58,203 bases of DNA, taken from positions 1-58,203 of the forward strand of contig JAYTQR010000205.1 in assembly GCA_043746615.1 (NCBI GenBank), in the 5' to 3' direction. A program made the translations under genes and the position numbers. Origin of the DNA: Gammaproteobacteria bacterium. Its GTDB lineage: Bacteria > Pseudomonadota > Gammaproteobacteria > Steroidobacterales > Steroidobacteraceae. Positions 49,834 through 58,203 of the stretch are shown in pieces. Positions within the stretch are counted from its first letter, which is position 1; the number at the start of each line of letters is the position of its first letter. The notes below the pieces were generated by a model, which was not told the origin of the DNA, ran no database searches, and worked only from the letters and a program-made list of their open reading frames with translations.

Positions 49834-51191
49834 CCGCGTCGAGAATATTGGTCGTCGATGACGAAGCGGATATCCGCGAACTGGTACGCGAGATCCTCAC
49901 GGAGGAGGGTTACGACGTGGAGGTCGCGGCGGACGCGGCCGCGGCGCGCGCGTCGCGCGCGGCAAGAATACCCGAGCTGGTGCTTCTGGACATCTGGATG
50001 CCGGACACGGACGGCATCACGCTGCTGCGCGAGTGGTCCGAGACGGCCGGCCACGATTGTCCGGTCGTCATGATGTCCGGACACGGCACGGTCGAGACCG
50101 CAGTCGAAGCGACCCGCCTGGGCGCATTCGATTACGTCGAAAAACCGCTGTCGCTCACCAAACTGCTGCGCACCGTCGAGCGCGCGCTCGACGCCGGACG
50201 TCGCAAACGCATGGCGATGCGCGCCCAAGGCGGGTCGCTGGCGGTGCCGATCGGCAAGGGGCGGGCGACCCAGGCCTTGCGCGAGCAAATTCAACAGGCG
50301 GCGCCGAGCAATTCGGCCGTCCTGTTGGTCGGTGAATTGGGCAGCGGACGCGAGGCTTATGCGCGCTATTTGCATTCGTCGAGCGCACGCGCCTCGCGGC
50401 CGTTTTCGATGATCGTGGCGGCCAGTCTCGGCGCTGAACCCGCTGCCGCGTTGTTCGGGACCGAGCGCGACGGCCGCATCGAAGCGGGTGCGCTCGAGCG
50501 GGCGGCCGGTGGCACCCTGTTCCTCAACGGTCTCGAGGACTTGAGCGGCGAGGCGCAGCGCGCCCTGATAGGCGTCATGGAACAGCGGGGATACACGCGC
50601 GTCGGCGGACGCGAGCCGCTGCCGCTCGACGTGCGCTGGGTCAGCTCCGCGCAGGAGAGCTTCGAACCCGCCGCGTCGCCCGATGGGTTTCGCCGCGATC
50701 TGCTCGCGCGATTGAACGTCATTACGCTGAAAGTTCCGCCGTTGCGCGATTATGCCGAGGATGTTCCCGATTTATTGCGCTATTACGTCGACCGCCTGGT
50801 CGACGAGCAGCACTTGCAGCTGCGCCGATTCAGCGTTGCCGCGCAGAACCGTCTGCGCAATTATCCGTGGCCGGGAAACATCGGCGAACTGAAGAATCTG
50901 GTGCAGCGCGTATTGATCCTCGGCACCGGCGAGGAAATCGGCCTCGAAGAAGTGGAGCGCGAACTGGCGGAGAAAATGGCCGTCGGCGAACCACTCGTCA
51001 AGCAAGATCTGCTCGCGCTGCCGTTGCGCGAGGCGCGCGAGCAGTTCGAACGCGCCTATTTGCAGCAACAGCTCCTGTTGTGCAACGGCAAGGTCGGCCA
51101 ACTGGCCAAGCGCGTCGGCATGGAGCGCACGCATCTATACCGCAAGCTGCGCGCGTTGGGCGTCGATTTCCGGCAGCTCGGCGACGACTGA
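49830..51191 (+). CDS. ntrX: NtrX-like response regulator (REC - degenerate AAA+ - Fis-type HTH)
   Basis: ATGA overlap with ntrY. REC ILVVDDE...LLDIWMPDTDG...MSGHG. The central domain has GELGSGRE and LFLNGLEDL and no GAFTGA. C-terminal HTH GKVGQLAKRVGMERTHLYRKLRALG. Confidence 0.88.
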   Translation: MTASRILVVDDEADIRELVREILTEEGYDVEVAADAAAARASRAARIPELVLLDIWMPDTDGITLLREWSETAGHDCPVVMMSGHGTVETAVEATRLGAFDYVEKPLSLTKLLRTVERALDAGRRKRMAMRAQGGSLAVPIGKGRATQALREQIQQAAPSNSAVLLVGELGSGREAYARYLHSSSARASRPFSMIVAASLGAEPAAALFGTERDGRIEAGALERAAGGTLFLNGLEDLSGEAQRALIGVMEQRGYTRVGGREPLPLDVRWVSSAQESFEPAASPDGFRRDLLARLNVITLKVPPLRDYAEDVPDLLRYYVDRLVDEQHLQLRRFSVAAQNRLRNYPWPGNIGELKNLVQRVLILGTGEEIGLEEVERELAEKMAVGEPLVKQDLLALPLREAREQFERAYLQQQLLLCNGKVGQLAKRVGMERTHLYRKLRALGVDFRQLGDD

Positions 51192-51255
51192 GCGAGCGGC
51201 GAACGCGCACGCGCGTTGCGTGAGGCCCGCGTGGCGCCCGCTCGCCGCGCGGGGT

Positions 51256-51843
51256 TCAGTCGCCGACGCGGATCACGAGCACCTCGACATTGGCTTTGCG
51301 CAGGATTTGCCGCATGCGATTCAGCTCGGCGAGATTCGACACGGGACCGATACGGATCCGGTTCCAGGTATCGTTGTCGACGGAAACCTTTTGGACCTTG
51401 GATTCGATGCCCTGCAGCGCGAGCTGAGCGCGGACGCGGTCTGCGTCGGCAAAATGCTTGTAAGCGCCGGCTTGCAGCACGTAACTCCCGGGGCGGGTTT
51501 CCGCCGCCGGGCGGATATCCGGTTTTACGTCTTTGCCGTTTTTCGGCACGGCGACTTCGAAGCTCGGCAACATCTTGTAGAAGTCGTAGGACTTGGCCGG
51601 CATCGCCGCGGATGCCGCGTCGCTCGCATCGGCATCGGCGGCATCCTGGGTCCGCCGCGCGCCGCGGGATCCGGGCTTCTGCGCCGCCGCGTTGACCGTC
51701 CGCGCCGCGGCAGGTTCGGACCGGTGCTCCCGCAGGTAGACGATGCCGGCCACGGCGAGGCCGAACATCAAGCCGAGCGCCATCCCGCTCCAACCGGAAA
51801 AGCCGACCGGCCGGCCCCGTTTCGGTTTGTAATCGTGCGCCAT
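51256..51843 (-). CDS. SPOR domain-containing protein (FtsN-like, single TM)
   Basis: N-terminal TM segment (GMALGLMFGLAVAGIVYL) and C-terminal SPOR YVLQAGAYKHFADADRVRAQLALQGIESKVQKV...WNRIRIGPV. Located downstream of argS. Confidence 0.8.
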   Translation of the reverse strand: MAHDYKPKRGRPVGFSGWSGMALGLMFGLAVAGIVYLREHRSEPAAARTVNAAAQKPGSRGARRTQDAADADASDAASAAMPAKSYDFYKMLPSFEVAVPKNGKDVKPDIRPAAETRPGSYVLQAGAYKHFADADRVRAQLALQGIESKVQKVSVDNDTWNRIRIGPVSNLAELNRMRQILRKANVEVLVIRVGD

Positions 51844-51854
51844 TGCCGCCGCCG

Positions 51855-53636
51855 CTACATCGTCTCGGGCGTCGAGACGCCCAAGATTTCAAGACCGTTG
51901 CGGATCACGACTCGAGTCGCCAACGCGAGGGTCAAGCGTGCGTCGCGCAATGCCGCTGCATCGACGATGAGCTGATGCGCGCTGTAATTCGTGTGGAAAT
52001 CGTGCGCCAAGTCGCGCAAGTAATGCACCAGCGCGTGCGGCGCGCGCTGCAGTGCACTTTGCTCGACGATTTCCGGATACTGGCACAAGCGCCTGATCAA
52101 ATTCTGCTCCTGCGCGTTGTGCAGCAAATGCAAATGCGCCAAACCGCTGCCGGCGTCATGCTCCAAGCCGCGGTCTCGCAGCTGACGCATCACGCTCGCG
52201 ATGCGGGCGTGGGCATATTGTATGTAATAGACGGGATTCTCGTTCGAGCGCGTCGCGGCGAGTTCCAGGTCGAAGTCCAGATGCTGGTCGTTGCTGCGCA
52301 TGACGTAAAACAGCCGCGCGGCATCGTTGCCGACCTCCTTGCGCAACTCGCGCAGCGTGACGAATTCACCGGCGCGCGTCGACATCTGGGCTTTTTCGCC
52401 GCCGCGCAACAGCGTGACGAATTGCACGAGCCGAACTTCGAAGCGATCCGGCGGTCCGCCGAGGGCAATCAGTCCCGCTCGTAGTCTGGCGATATAGCCG
52501 TGATGATCGGCGCCCCAGACGTACAGCAGGTGCTCGCAACCGCGCGACAGTTTGTTGAATACATAAGCGATGTCGGACGCGAAGTAGGTCTTCACGCCGT
52601 TCTCGCGCACCATCACGCGGTCCTTCTCGTCGCCGAGTTCGCTGCTCTTGAACCACAGCGCCCCCTCCTTGCGGTAGGCATGGCCGCTGCGCTCGAGAGC
52701 GCCGATCGCGCGGTCTACAGATCCGTCCTCATCGAGCGTCCGCTCGGAGAACCAACGGTCGAATTCGACGCCGAAGCCGCGCAGATCGTCCTGGATGTCG
52801 CGCAATATATCGTCGAGCGCGAGATCCAGTACCCGCCGAAACGCCGCCGCCCCCAGCAGCGCGCGCGCGCGCGCGATCACCGCGTCGATGTAGGCGTCCT
52901 TGTCGCCGCCTTGCGGCTCGTCGGGCGGCAAATCCGCGAAGACCTCGGCACCGCTGCGCCGCAACGCCGTGCCTTCGGCGGCGAGCAGCCGCGCGGCGAT
53001 GGCGCCGATGTAATCACCGCGATAGCCGTTCGCCGGGAACGGTACCCGTTCGCCGCAGGCCTCGAGATACCGTAGCCAGGTGCTGACCGCGAGGATTTCC
53101 ATTTGCCGCCCGGCGTCGTTGACGTAGTATTCGCGCATGACGCGAAAGCCGGTGGCTTCGAGCAGATTGCCGAGCGTCGCCCCGTAGGCAGCGTGGCGAC
53201 CGTGGCCGACATGCAGGGGGCCGGTCGGGTTCGCCGAGACGAATTCCAGGAACACCTGCCGGCCCCGGCCGAGATCGGATCGGCCGTAGCCGTGTCCCTG
53301 CGCGAGGATTGCGGCGATCTCATCGTGGTAGGCGCCGCTGCGCAAAAAGAAATTGATGAAGCCCGCGCCGGCGACTTCAACTTTCGCGACGGCGTCATCT
53401 TCCGGCAGCGCGGCGACGAGCGCGGCGGCCAGCTGGCGCGGGTTCTGGCGCGTGGCCTTGCCGAGCCGCATCGCTAAATTGCTCGCGAAGTCGCCGTGCG
53501 TGGCCTCGCGCGCGCGTTCGACCTCGACGTCCTCGGCTCGCGCCGCCGCCGGCACGAGTTCATCTGGCAGGGAGGCGAGCGCCCGGCGCAACAGGCTTTC
53601 GACCAAATTCTTCACAAGCGTACCGTTCGATGCCAA
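51855..53636 (-). CDS. argS: arginine--tRNA ligase
   Basis: SANPTGPLHVGHGR (HIGH) and MSTR (KMSK-like) motifs, plus a DALR anticodon-binding C-terminus. The track start is TTG at 53636. GTG at 53615 (MKNLVESLL...) is an equally plausible start. Confidence 0.92.
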   Translation of the reverse strand: MASNGTLVKNLVESLLRRALASLPDELVPAAARAEDVEVERAREATHGDFASNLAMRLGKATRQNPRQLAAALVAALPEDDAVAKVEVAGAGFINFFLRSGAYHDEIAAILAQGHGYGRSDLGRGRQVFLEFVSANPTGPLHVGHGRHAAYGATLGNLLEATGFRVMREYYVNDAGRQMEILAVSTWLRYLEACGERVPFPANGYRGDYIGAIAARLLAAEGTALRRSGAEVFADLPPDEPQGGDKDAYIDAVIARARALLGAAAFRRVLDLALDDILRDIQDDLRGFGVEFDRWFSERTLDEDGSVDRAIGALERSGHAYRKEGALWFKSSELGDEKDRVMVRENGVKTYFASDIAYVFNKLSRGCEHLLYVWGADHHGYIARLRAGLIALGGPPDRFEVRLVQFVTLLRGGEKAQMSTRAGEFVTLRELRKEVGNDAARLFYVMRSNDQHLDFDLELAATRSNENPVYYIQYAHARIASVMRQLRDRGLEHDAGSGLAHLHLLHNAQEQNLIRRLCQYPEIVEQSALQRAPHALVHYLRDLAHDFHTNYSAHQLIVDAAALRDARLTLALATRVVIRNGLEILGVSTPETM

Positions 53637-53668
53637 GCGGAAAGGGACGGCAGTTTACCCGAATCCGC

Positions 53669-55900
53669 TCAATCCACTTCGAGCGGATCGACGTCGATTG
53701 ACCAGCGCAGACCGGGCGGGGCGGTCAACGCGTCGACCTGCGGCACCCATTGGCCGAGAAACCGCTGCAGCGCGGGCCGGCCGCCCGCCTCGATCAGCAA
53801 GTGCGCGCGAAAATGGTCGGCCCGTCGCGCAATCAGAGCGCTTGCCGGTCCCAAGACTTCGACTTTGCCGTGCGTCGCTTGCGCGGCGACGATTGCACGG
53901 CCGCAGTCGGCGGCGGCCTGCAGAAAGTTGTCCAGGCGAGCGGCATTCCGTGCCTCTGCACGCAGCAGCGCGAGACGCGAGTACGGTGGCAAGCCGGCGT
54001 CGCGGCGCTCCTGTAAGGCGCTTGCGGCGAAGGCATCGTAGCCCTGCGAAATCAGGCGATTGAGCAATGGGTGCTCGGGGAACTGTGTTTGAATGATTAC
54101 CTCGCCGGCACGCGCCGCGCGCCCGGCGCGGCCCGCAACCTGGATGATCGTTTGCGCCAGACGTTCGGTCGCGCGGTAATCAGTTGCGAACAGCCCCTGG
54201 TCGGCGTCGAGGATCACGACCAAGCTGACATCGGGGAAATGATGTCCCTTGGTCAGCATTTGTGTACCAACGAGGATCCGCGCGTCGCCGCTGTGGACCC
54301 GCTCGAGCACGGCGTCGACGGCGCCGCGCGCGGACGCCGTGTCCCGATCCAACCGGGCCAACGGATACGCCGGATACAGGCGCGCCAAGGTCTCCTCGAC
54401 CCGCTCAGTGCCTTGCCCGACCGGTTCCAGCGCATGACCACAGTTGCCGCAACAGGCGGGCACGGGCCGGTGCGCGCCGCAGTGATGGCAGCGCAACTGC
54501 GTGGCTTGCCGGTGCACGGTCATGCGGGCATCGCAGTGGGCGCATGGCGCCACCCACCCGCAGCGGCTGCAAAACAACGTCGGGGCATAGCCTCGCCGAT
54601 TCAAGAATACGATGACTTGACCGCCGGCCTGCAGGTGGCGTGCGATGGCCTGCAGCGCCGGTTGCGACAATCCTTGGTCGCTCGCATGCTTTCTCAGGTC
54701 GACGAGCGTCATCCGCGGTGCTTGCGCAGCTCCGGGCCGTTGCGGCAACATCTGCGTCGAATAGCGCCCTTGCGCTGCATTTTCCAATGTTTCGAGCGAC
54801 GGCGTTGCCGACCCCAGCACGATCGGCAGCGCGGCTCGCTGTGCCCGCAGCACGGCGAGGTCGCGCGCCGAATAGCGGAAGCCCTCGTGCTGCTTGTACG
54901 ACGGATCGTGTTCCTCGTCGACGATGATCAATTTGAGCTGCGGCGCGGACGCAAACACCGCGGAGCGGGTACCGATGATGATTTTTGCCGTGCCGGCATG
55001 CGCACGGTGCCAGGCGTCGCGCCGCGCCGCGCCGCCGAGTCCCGAGTGCAGGACGGCGAGATTCGCGTCGAAGCGTTGCCGGAACCGGTCGACGAGCTGC
55101 GGCGTCAAGGCGATTTCCGGCACCAACACCAACGCCTGTCCGCCGCCGGCGATTGCCGCAGCAATGACCCGCAGGTAGACCTCGGTTTTGCCGCTGCCGG
55201 TCACGCCGTACAAGAGATGTGCGGCGAATCGCGCTTGCGTCGCGCTGATATGGGCGACGGCTGCGGCTTGCGCCGGGGTCAGTGCGACCCCGGCTGCGGG
55301 CGCGGCCGCTGCGCTGCGCGCGGCATCGTTTGCCGATACTGCGCCGGCCGTGGCGTCGACCCAGCCGCGCGCCGCGGCGCCGCGCACCTGTAACGGTTCG
55401 AAATGCGGGCGCAACGCCGCGGCCGTCTGCTTGCCGTGTTGCGCAAGCCAGGCGAGCAGCGCGCGCTGTTTCGGCGCCCGGCGGCCGCTCGGCGTCTGTA
55501 TTTCCCGGCGTCCCGCAGGTGTCAGGTCCCAGCATTGCTGGTGCAGAGCTCGGCCGTCGCGCAGACTCGCGGGCAATGCGGCCGCAAACACCTCGCCGAT
55601 CGGGTGGTGGTAGTAATCGGCCGCCCAGCGCAGCAAGTCGAACGTAACGGCATCAAAGATCGGCTCTTCGTCGAGCACGGCCAACGCGGCTTTGAGTTTG
55701 GCGCGCGCGATCGGGGATTCGGCGGCGACGCCGACGAGAATCCCTACTAATTGCCGGCGTCCGAACGGCACGCGCACGCGCGCACCGGGGCGCAGCGGCA
55801 CAGGCGCTGTGGCGTCCGCGAGCGGCGGCAGGTAATCGAAAAGGCAGCGCAGCGGCATGTCCAACGCAACCTGCAATATCACGGCGGTCCTTTTGTCCAC
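53669..55900 (-). CDS. priA: primosomal replication-restart helicase PriA
   Basis: GVTGSGKTEVY Walker A, DEEHD (DEAH-like) box, the Cys-rich insertion CSRCGW...CAHCD...CHHCG...CGNCG, and VLDAD...RAGR. GTG start at 55900. Confidence 0.93.
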   Translation of the reverse strand: MDKRTAVILQVALDMPLRCLFDYLPPLADATAPVPLRPGARVRVPFGRRQLVGILVGVAAESPIARAKLKAALAVLDEEPIFDAVTFDLLRWAADYYHHPIGEVFAAALPASLRDGRALHQQCWDLTPAGRREIQTPSGRRAPKQRALLAWLAQHGKQTAAALRPHFEPLQVRGAAARGWVDATAGAVSANDAARSAAAAPAAGVALTPAQAAAVAHISATQARFAAHLLYGVTGSGKTEVYLRVIAAAIAGGGQALVLVPEIALTPQLVDRFRQRFDANLAVLHSGLGGAARRDAWHRAHAGTAKIIIGTRSAVFASAPQLKLIIVDEEHDPSYKQHEGFRYSARDLAVLRAQRAALPIVLGSATPSLETLENAAQGRYSTQMLPQRPGAAQAPRMTLVDLRKHASDQGLSQPALQAIARHLQAGGQVIVFLNRRGYAPTLFCSRCGWVAPCAHCDARMTVHRQATQLRCHHCGAHRPVPACCGNCGHALEPVGQGTERVEETLARLYPAYPLARLDRDTASARGAVDAVLERVHSGDARILVGTQMLTKGHHFPDVSLVVILDADQGLFATDYRATERLAQTIIQVAGRAGRAARAGEVIIQTQFPEHPLLNRLISQGYDAFAASALQERRDAGLPPYSRLALLRAEARNAARLDNFLQAAADCGRAIVAAQATHGKVEVLGPASALIARRADHFRAHLLIEAGGRPALQRFLGQWVPQVDALTAPPGLRWSIDVDPLEVD

Positions 55901-55915
55901 AAATCTTGTGGATAA
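55893..55915. promoter_or_regulatory. pair of head-to-head DnaA-box-like 9-mers
   Basis: TTGTCCACA (55893-55901, one mismatch to TTATCCACA) and TGTGGATAA (55907-55915, exact complement of TTATCCACA) are separated by 5 bp. They straddle the priA start codon. Confidence 0.45.
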
Positions 55916-56199
55916 GTCTGTTGAGAAACGGGGGTCACAAGCCCTAAGTGCCCGCCCCGTTTCGAGTCGCGATCAAATTGGCGAAAAAGTACTCGAAATT
56001 CGTTCAAGTATATTGAATTCAACGTGTTACGGTTTCCTCTGGATCCGGCTCCGAGATGTATTGCGCAAATGTTGCAACGGCAGTCGTCGGCGGTGTGCGT
56101 AAGTCGCTGATCTTGCGGACGCAGCGCAGTCAACCAGCACCGCCGCTGGGCGTTTATACCTGGACAACCAGAGGTTCGTCGACGATCAAGGGACGAGAC

Positions 56200-56817
56200 A
56201 TGCCGCGCTTTGCTACGCTCACGCACGTTTTGATGGTCTGGGACGGTCCAGCCGTCGCACGCGAGGATGCGGTTCTGGACCAGACGAGAGAACTCGATAA
56301 ATTTTTGGCCGGCGTCGAGCGACGTGCGTTTCGGATAGCGCAAGTCGCATTGCGCGACGTCGACGATGCGCTCGATGTCGTGCAGGACGCCATGCTGAAG
56401 CTCGCGCGCAATTATGCGGCCAAGCCGAGCGCCGAATGGCGGCCGCTGTTCTATAGAATATTGGCAAACGCTATTCGCGATTTGCAGCGGCGCCGTGCGG
56501 TGCGCAGGCGCCTGATGGCCTGGTTGCCGGGACCTAAGGACGATCCCGACAACGACGCCGAGGACCCGTTGGAGAACGCCGCGGATCAGGGGCCGGGGGC
56601 GCCGGAGATGCTGATGCAGGCGCAGGCGATGCAGCAATTGGAGCACTCGTTGCGCGCGTTGCCCGCGCGGCAACGCGAGGCGTTCATGCTGCGCAATTTC
56701 GAAGGCTTGGACGTTGGCGACACGGCCAGGGCAATGGGCTGCTCGCAAGGCAGCGTCAAGACGCATTATTCGCGCGCAGTGCACGCGCTGCGCGAGCAAT
56801 TGGGCGAGGTTTGGTGA
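56200..56817 (+). CDS. ECF-type RNA polymerase sigma factor
   Basis: ATG at 56200 with an AAGGGA RBS. Region 2 DALDVVQDAMLKLARNY and region 4 LPARQREAFMLRNFEGLDVGDTARAMGCSQGSVKTHYSRAVHALR. Confidence 0.88.
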   Translation: MPRFATLTHVLMVWDGPAVAREDAVLDQTRELDKFLAGVERRAFRIAQVALRDVDDALDVVQDAMLKLARNYAAKPSAEWRPLFYRILANAIRDLQRRRAVRRRLMAWLPGPKDDPDNDAEDPLENAADQGPGAPEMLMQAQAMQQLEHSLRALPARQREAFMLRNFEGLDVGDTARAMGCSQGSVKTHYSRAVHALREQLGEVW

Positions 56818-57233
56818 TGGACGAGCATTCGGTAACGACTCTGCAGGAGCGCAGCGAAGCGCTGTTCGACGCAAGCGTCGACCACGTCGACATGCGTATC
56901 CGTTCGCGGCTGACACAGGCGCGTCACGCGGCGCTCGCGGCTGCGGCCAGCCCGCAGCGGCGTTTTTTGCGCGCACCCTGGTGGGCCGTCGCGGTCGGCG
57001 CCACCGCGGCCTGTGCACTCGGCGTCACCATTTGGTTCGGTTCATGGTCCGGTCGGCCCGCGGCATCCGCCGGCGAGCAACGGCCGAGCTTCGAGGATTT
57101 GGATCTGATCGCCGCCACCGACGAAGGATCGGGCGATACGATGGAAATGTTGCAGGACGATGTGGCGTTTTATGCGTGGGCCGCCGACAAGACGGCGAGA
57201 GCGGATTCGGGCCACACGGGCCACACGGGATGA
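56817..57233 (+). CDS. DUF3619-like protein (putative anti-sigma/membrane partner)
   Basis: TGATG overlap with the sigma gene. MDEHSVTTLQERSEALFDASVDHVDMRIRSRLTQARHAAL followed by one TM segment (WWAVAVGATAACALGVTIWF). Confidence 0.6.
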   Translation: MDEHSVTTLQERSEALFDASVDHVDMRIRSRLTQARHAALAAAASPQRRFLRAPWWAVAVGATAACALGVTIWFGSWSGRPAASAGEQRPSFEDLDLIAATDEGSGDTMEMLQDDVAFYAWAADKTARADSGHTGHTG

Positions 57234-57240
57234 GGCGCGG

Positions 57241-57498
57241 TTGAAGCTGCGGGCGTTTTGGCTGGTGCTGAGCGCGGCAGTCTGTACGGCCGTCGCCGCC
57301 CCGCCCACGACCTCGACGCCCACGACCCCGCCGCCGTCCGCGCCGCCGGCGGCGGCGCCGGCTCCGCCGCCGGCCGATGAATTGCTGATCGAATTCCTGG
57401 GCGCAGACGACGTGGGAGATGCCGGTTGGTGGGATTTTCTCAAAACTACGGAGCCGCGCGCGGGGCAATCTCCGCCGCAGCAGGATCCATCGCAATGA
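57241..57498 (+). CDS. small secreted Pro/Thr-rich hypothetical protein
   Basis: TTG at 57241. Signal-like KLRAFWLVLSAAVCTAVAA, a PPTTSTPTTPPPSAPPAAAPAPPP linker, then ELLIEFLG...WWDFL. Its stop overlaps the next ATG (ATGA). Confidence 0.4.
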   Translation: MKLRAFWLVLSAAVCTAVAAPPTTSTPTTPPPSAPPAAAPAPPPADELLIEFLGADDVGDAGWWDFLKTTEPRAGQSPPQQDPSQ

Positions 57499-57959
57499 CT
57501 AGGGCGCTGATCGTCTCGTTGCTTCTGGTTCTGGTGGCGGCCGGCAGCAGCTTTGCGCAGACGCCGGCGCCCGCGCCGCGCACGTGGCAGTCGCTGTCGC
57601 CGGCGCAACGGCAATTGCTGCAGAAATTTCAAGGCAACTGGCGCAGCTTGCCCCCGGCACGCCAGCAAGCGCTCGCGCGGGGCAGCAGCCGCTGGTTGTC
57701 GATGACACCGCCGCAGCGCGCGCGCGCCAAACAGCGCTTCGCCCGATGGCGTGCCATGTCGCCCGCGCAGCGTCAGCTGTTGCGGCAACGCTGGCAGCAA
57801 TTCAAGGGCCTGCCGCCGGACCAGCGGCAGCGCATCCGCGCAGCGTACCGGCAGTTTCGCCAGATGCCGCTCGAACAGCGCCGCGCGCTGCGCCGGCAAT
57901 GGCACATGATGGATCCCATGCAGCGCCGCAACGCGATCATGCGGCGCCGTCCGCACTGA
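57495..57959 (+). CDS. DUF3106 domain-containing protein
   Basis: Signal peptide MTRALIVSLLLVLVAAGSSFAQ, then repeated W..L(S/P)P.QR motifs (WQSLSPAQRQ, WRSLPPARQQ, WLSMTPPQRA, WRAMSPAQRQ, FKGLPPDQRQ, FRQMPLEQRR). Confidence 0.75.
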   Translation: MTRALIVSLLLVLVAAGSSFAQTPAPAPRTWQSLSPAQRQLLQKFQGNWRSLPPARQQALARGSSRWLSMTPPQRARAKQRFARWRAMSPAQRQLLRQRWQQFKGLPPDQRQRIRAAYRQFRQMPLEQRRALRRQWHMMDPMQRRNAIMRRRPH

Positions 57960-58000
57960 GCCCGGCCGGCAGCGAACGCGCGGCAAGCCCCGCCGGCGCT

Positions 58001-58203
58001 TCAGCCGGCGGCTTTGACGGCTTGTATCAGCTGGCCGACTGCGGATTGGGCGTCGCCGTACAGCATTCGCGTCTGGTCCAGCACGAACAACGCGTTGTCG
58101 ATCCCCGAGAAGCCTTGGCCCTGGCCGCGTTTGACGACGATGACGTTCTTGGCCTTGTCGGCATTCAAGATAGGCATGCCGTATATCGGACTTTGACGGT
58201 TGG
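58001..58203 (-). CDS. pntB: NAD(P) transhydrogenase subunit beta, C-terminal part (5' end outside the window)
   Basis: Minus-strand translation ...PIYGMPILNADKAKNVIVVKRGQGQGFSGIDNALFVLDQTRMLYGDAQSAVGQLIQAVKAAG* matches the PntB C-terminus (GMPVLEVWKA..VIV.KRS...GYAG..N.LF...T.MLFGDAK). Confidence 0.8.
   Translation of the reverse strand, partial: NRQSPIYGMPILNADKAKNVIVVKRGQGQGFSGIDNALFVLDQTRMLYGDAQSAVGQLIQAVKAAG

Noticed and set aside
58014-58196. Plus-strand 60-aa ORF at the window end.
   Set aside because: The minus strand encodes a clear PntB C-terminus ending at 58001, so the plus ORF is its shadow.

Overview
This is a 58.2-kb high-GC (roughly 65%) proteobacterial chromosomal segment. 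The gene order is typical of Beta-/Gammaproteobacteria. Most of it is conserved housekeeping: atpD(partial)-atpC-glmU-glmS, dacB, dinB-mdh, xthA-prlC, gor, aroE-hemB, rlmJ-hemF-topA-smg-dprA, def-fmt-rsmB-DUF4390-ntrY-ntrX, argS-priA and pntB(partial). Three ECF sigma/anti-sigma modules and two small accessory patches are interspersed. I found no rRNA, tRNA or CRISPR array. Many long ORFs in the track are antisense or out-of-frame shadows of real genes in GC-rich DNA and are not called. The track also uses GTG/TTG starts, so several N-termini were trimmed to better-supported starts. The most interesting locus is 20.6-25.9 kb on the minus strand. A sequence matching the class-I c-di-GMP (GEMM) riboswitch core sits at about 22128-22230, in the leader of an FAD-binding oxidoreductase of unknown substrate. 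Directly upstream on the same strand are a MerR-HTH/B12-binding (CarH/LitR-like) regulator and a HAMP-PAS-GGDEF-EAL c-di-GMP turnover protein. This suggests a compact, apparently undescribed (light/B12?)-c-di-GMP-riboswitch-oxidase module. Secondary observations are: a decayed foreign-DNA scar at 7.16-8.33 kb (DNA-methylase fragment, orphan double hairpin/terminator, IS630 transposase remnant, GNAT-like fragment); a frameshifted and truncated GNAT pseudogene (~11.97-12.39 kb); a secreted protein ending in a long poly-proline run; an NtrX homologue with degenerate AAA+ motifs; paired DnaA boxes at the priA start; a perfect 13-bp tandem repeat upstream of gor; and an AT-rich promoter island with a small membrane peptide in front of a YtrA-type GntR/ABC module.
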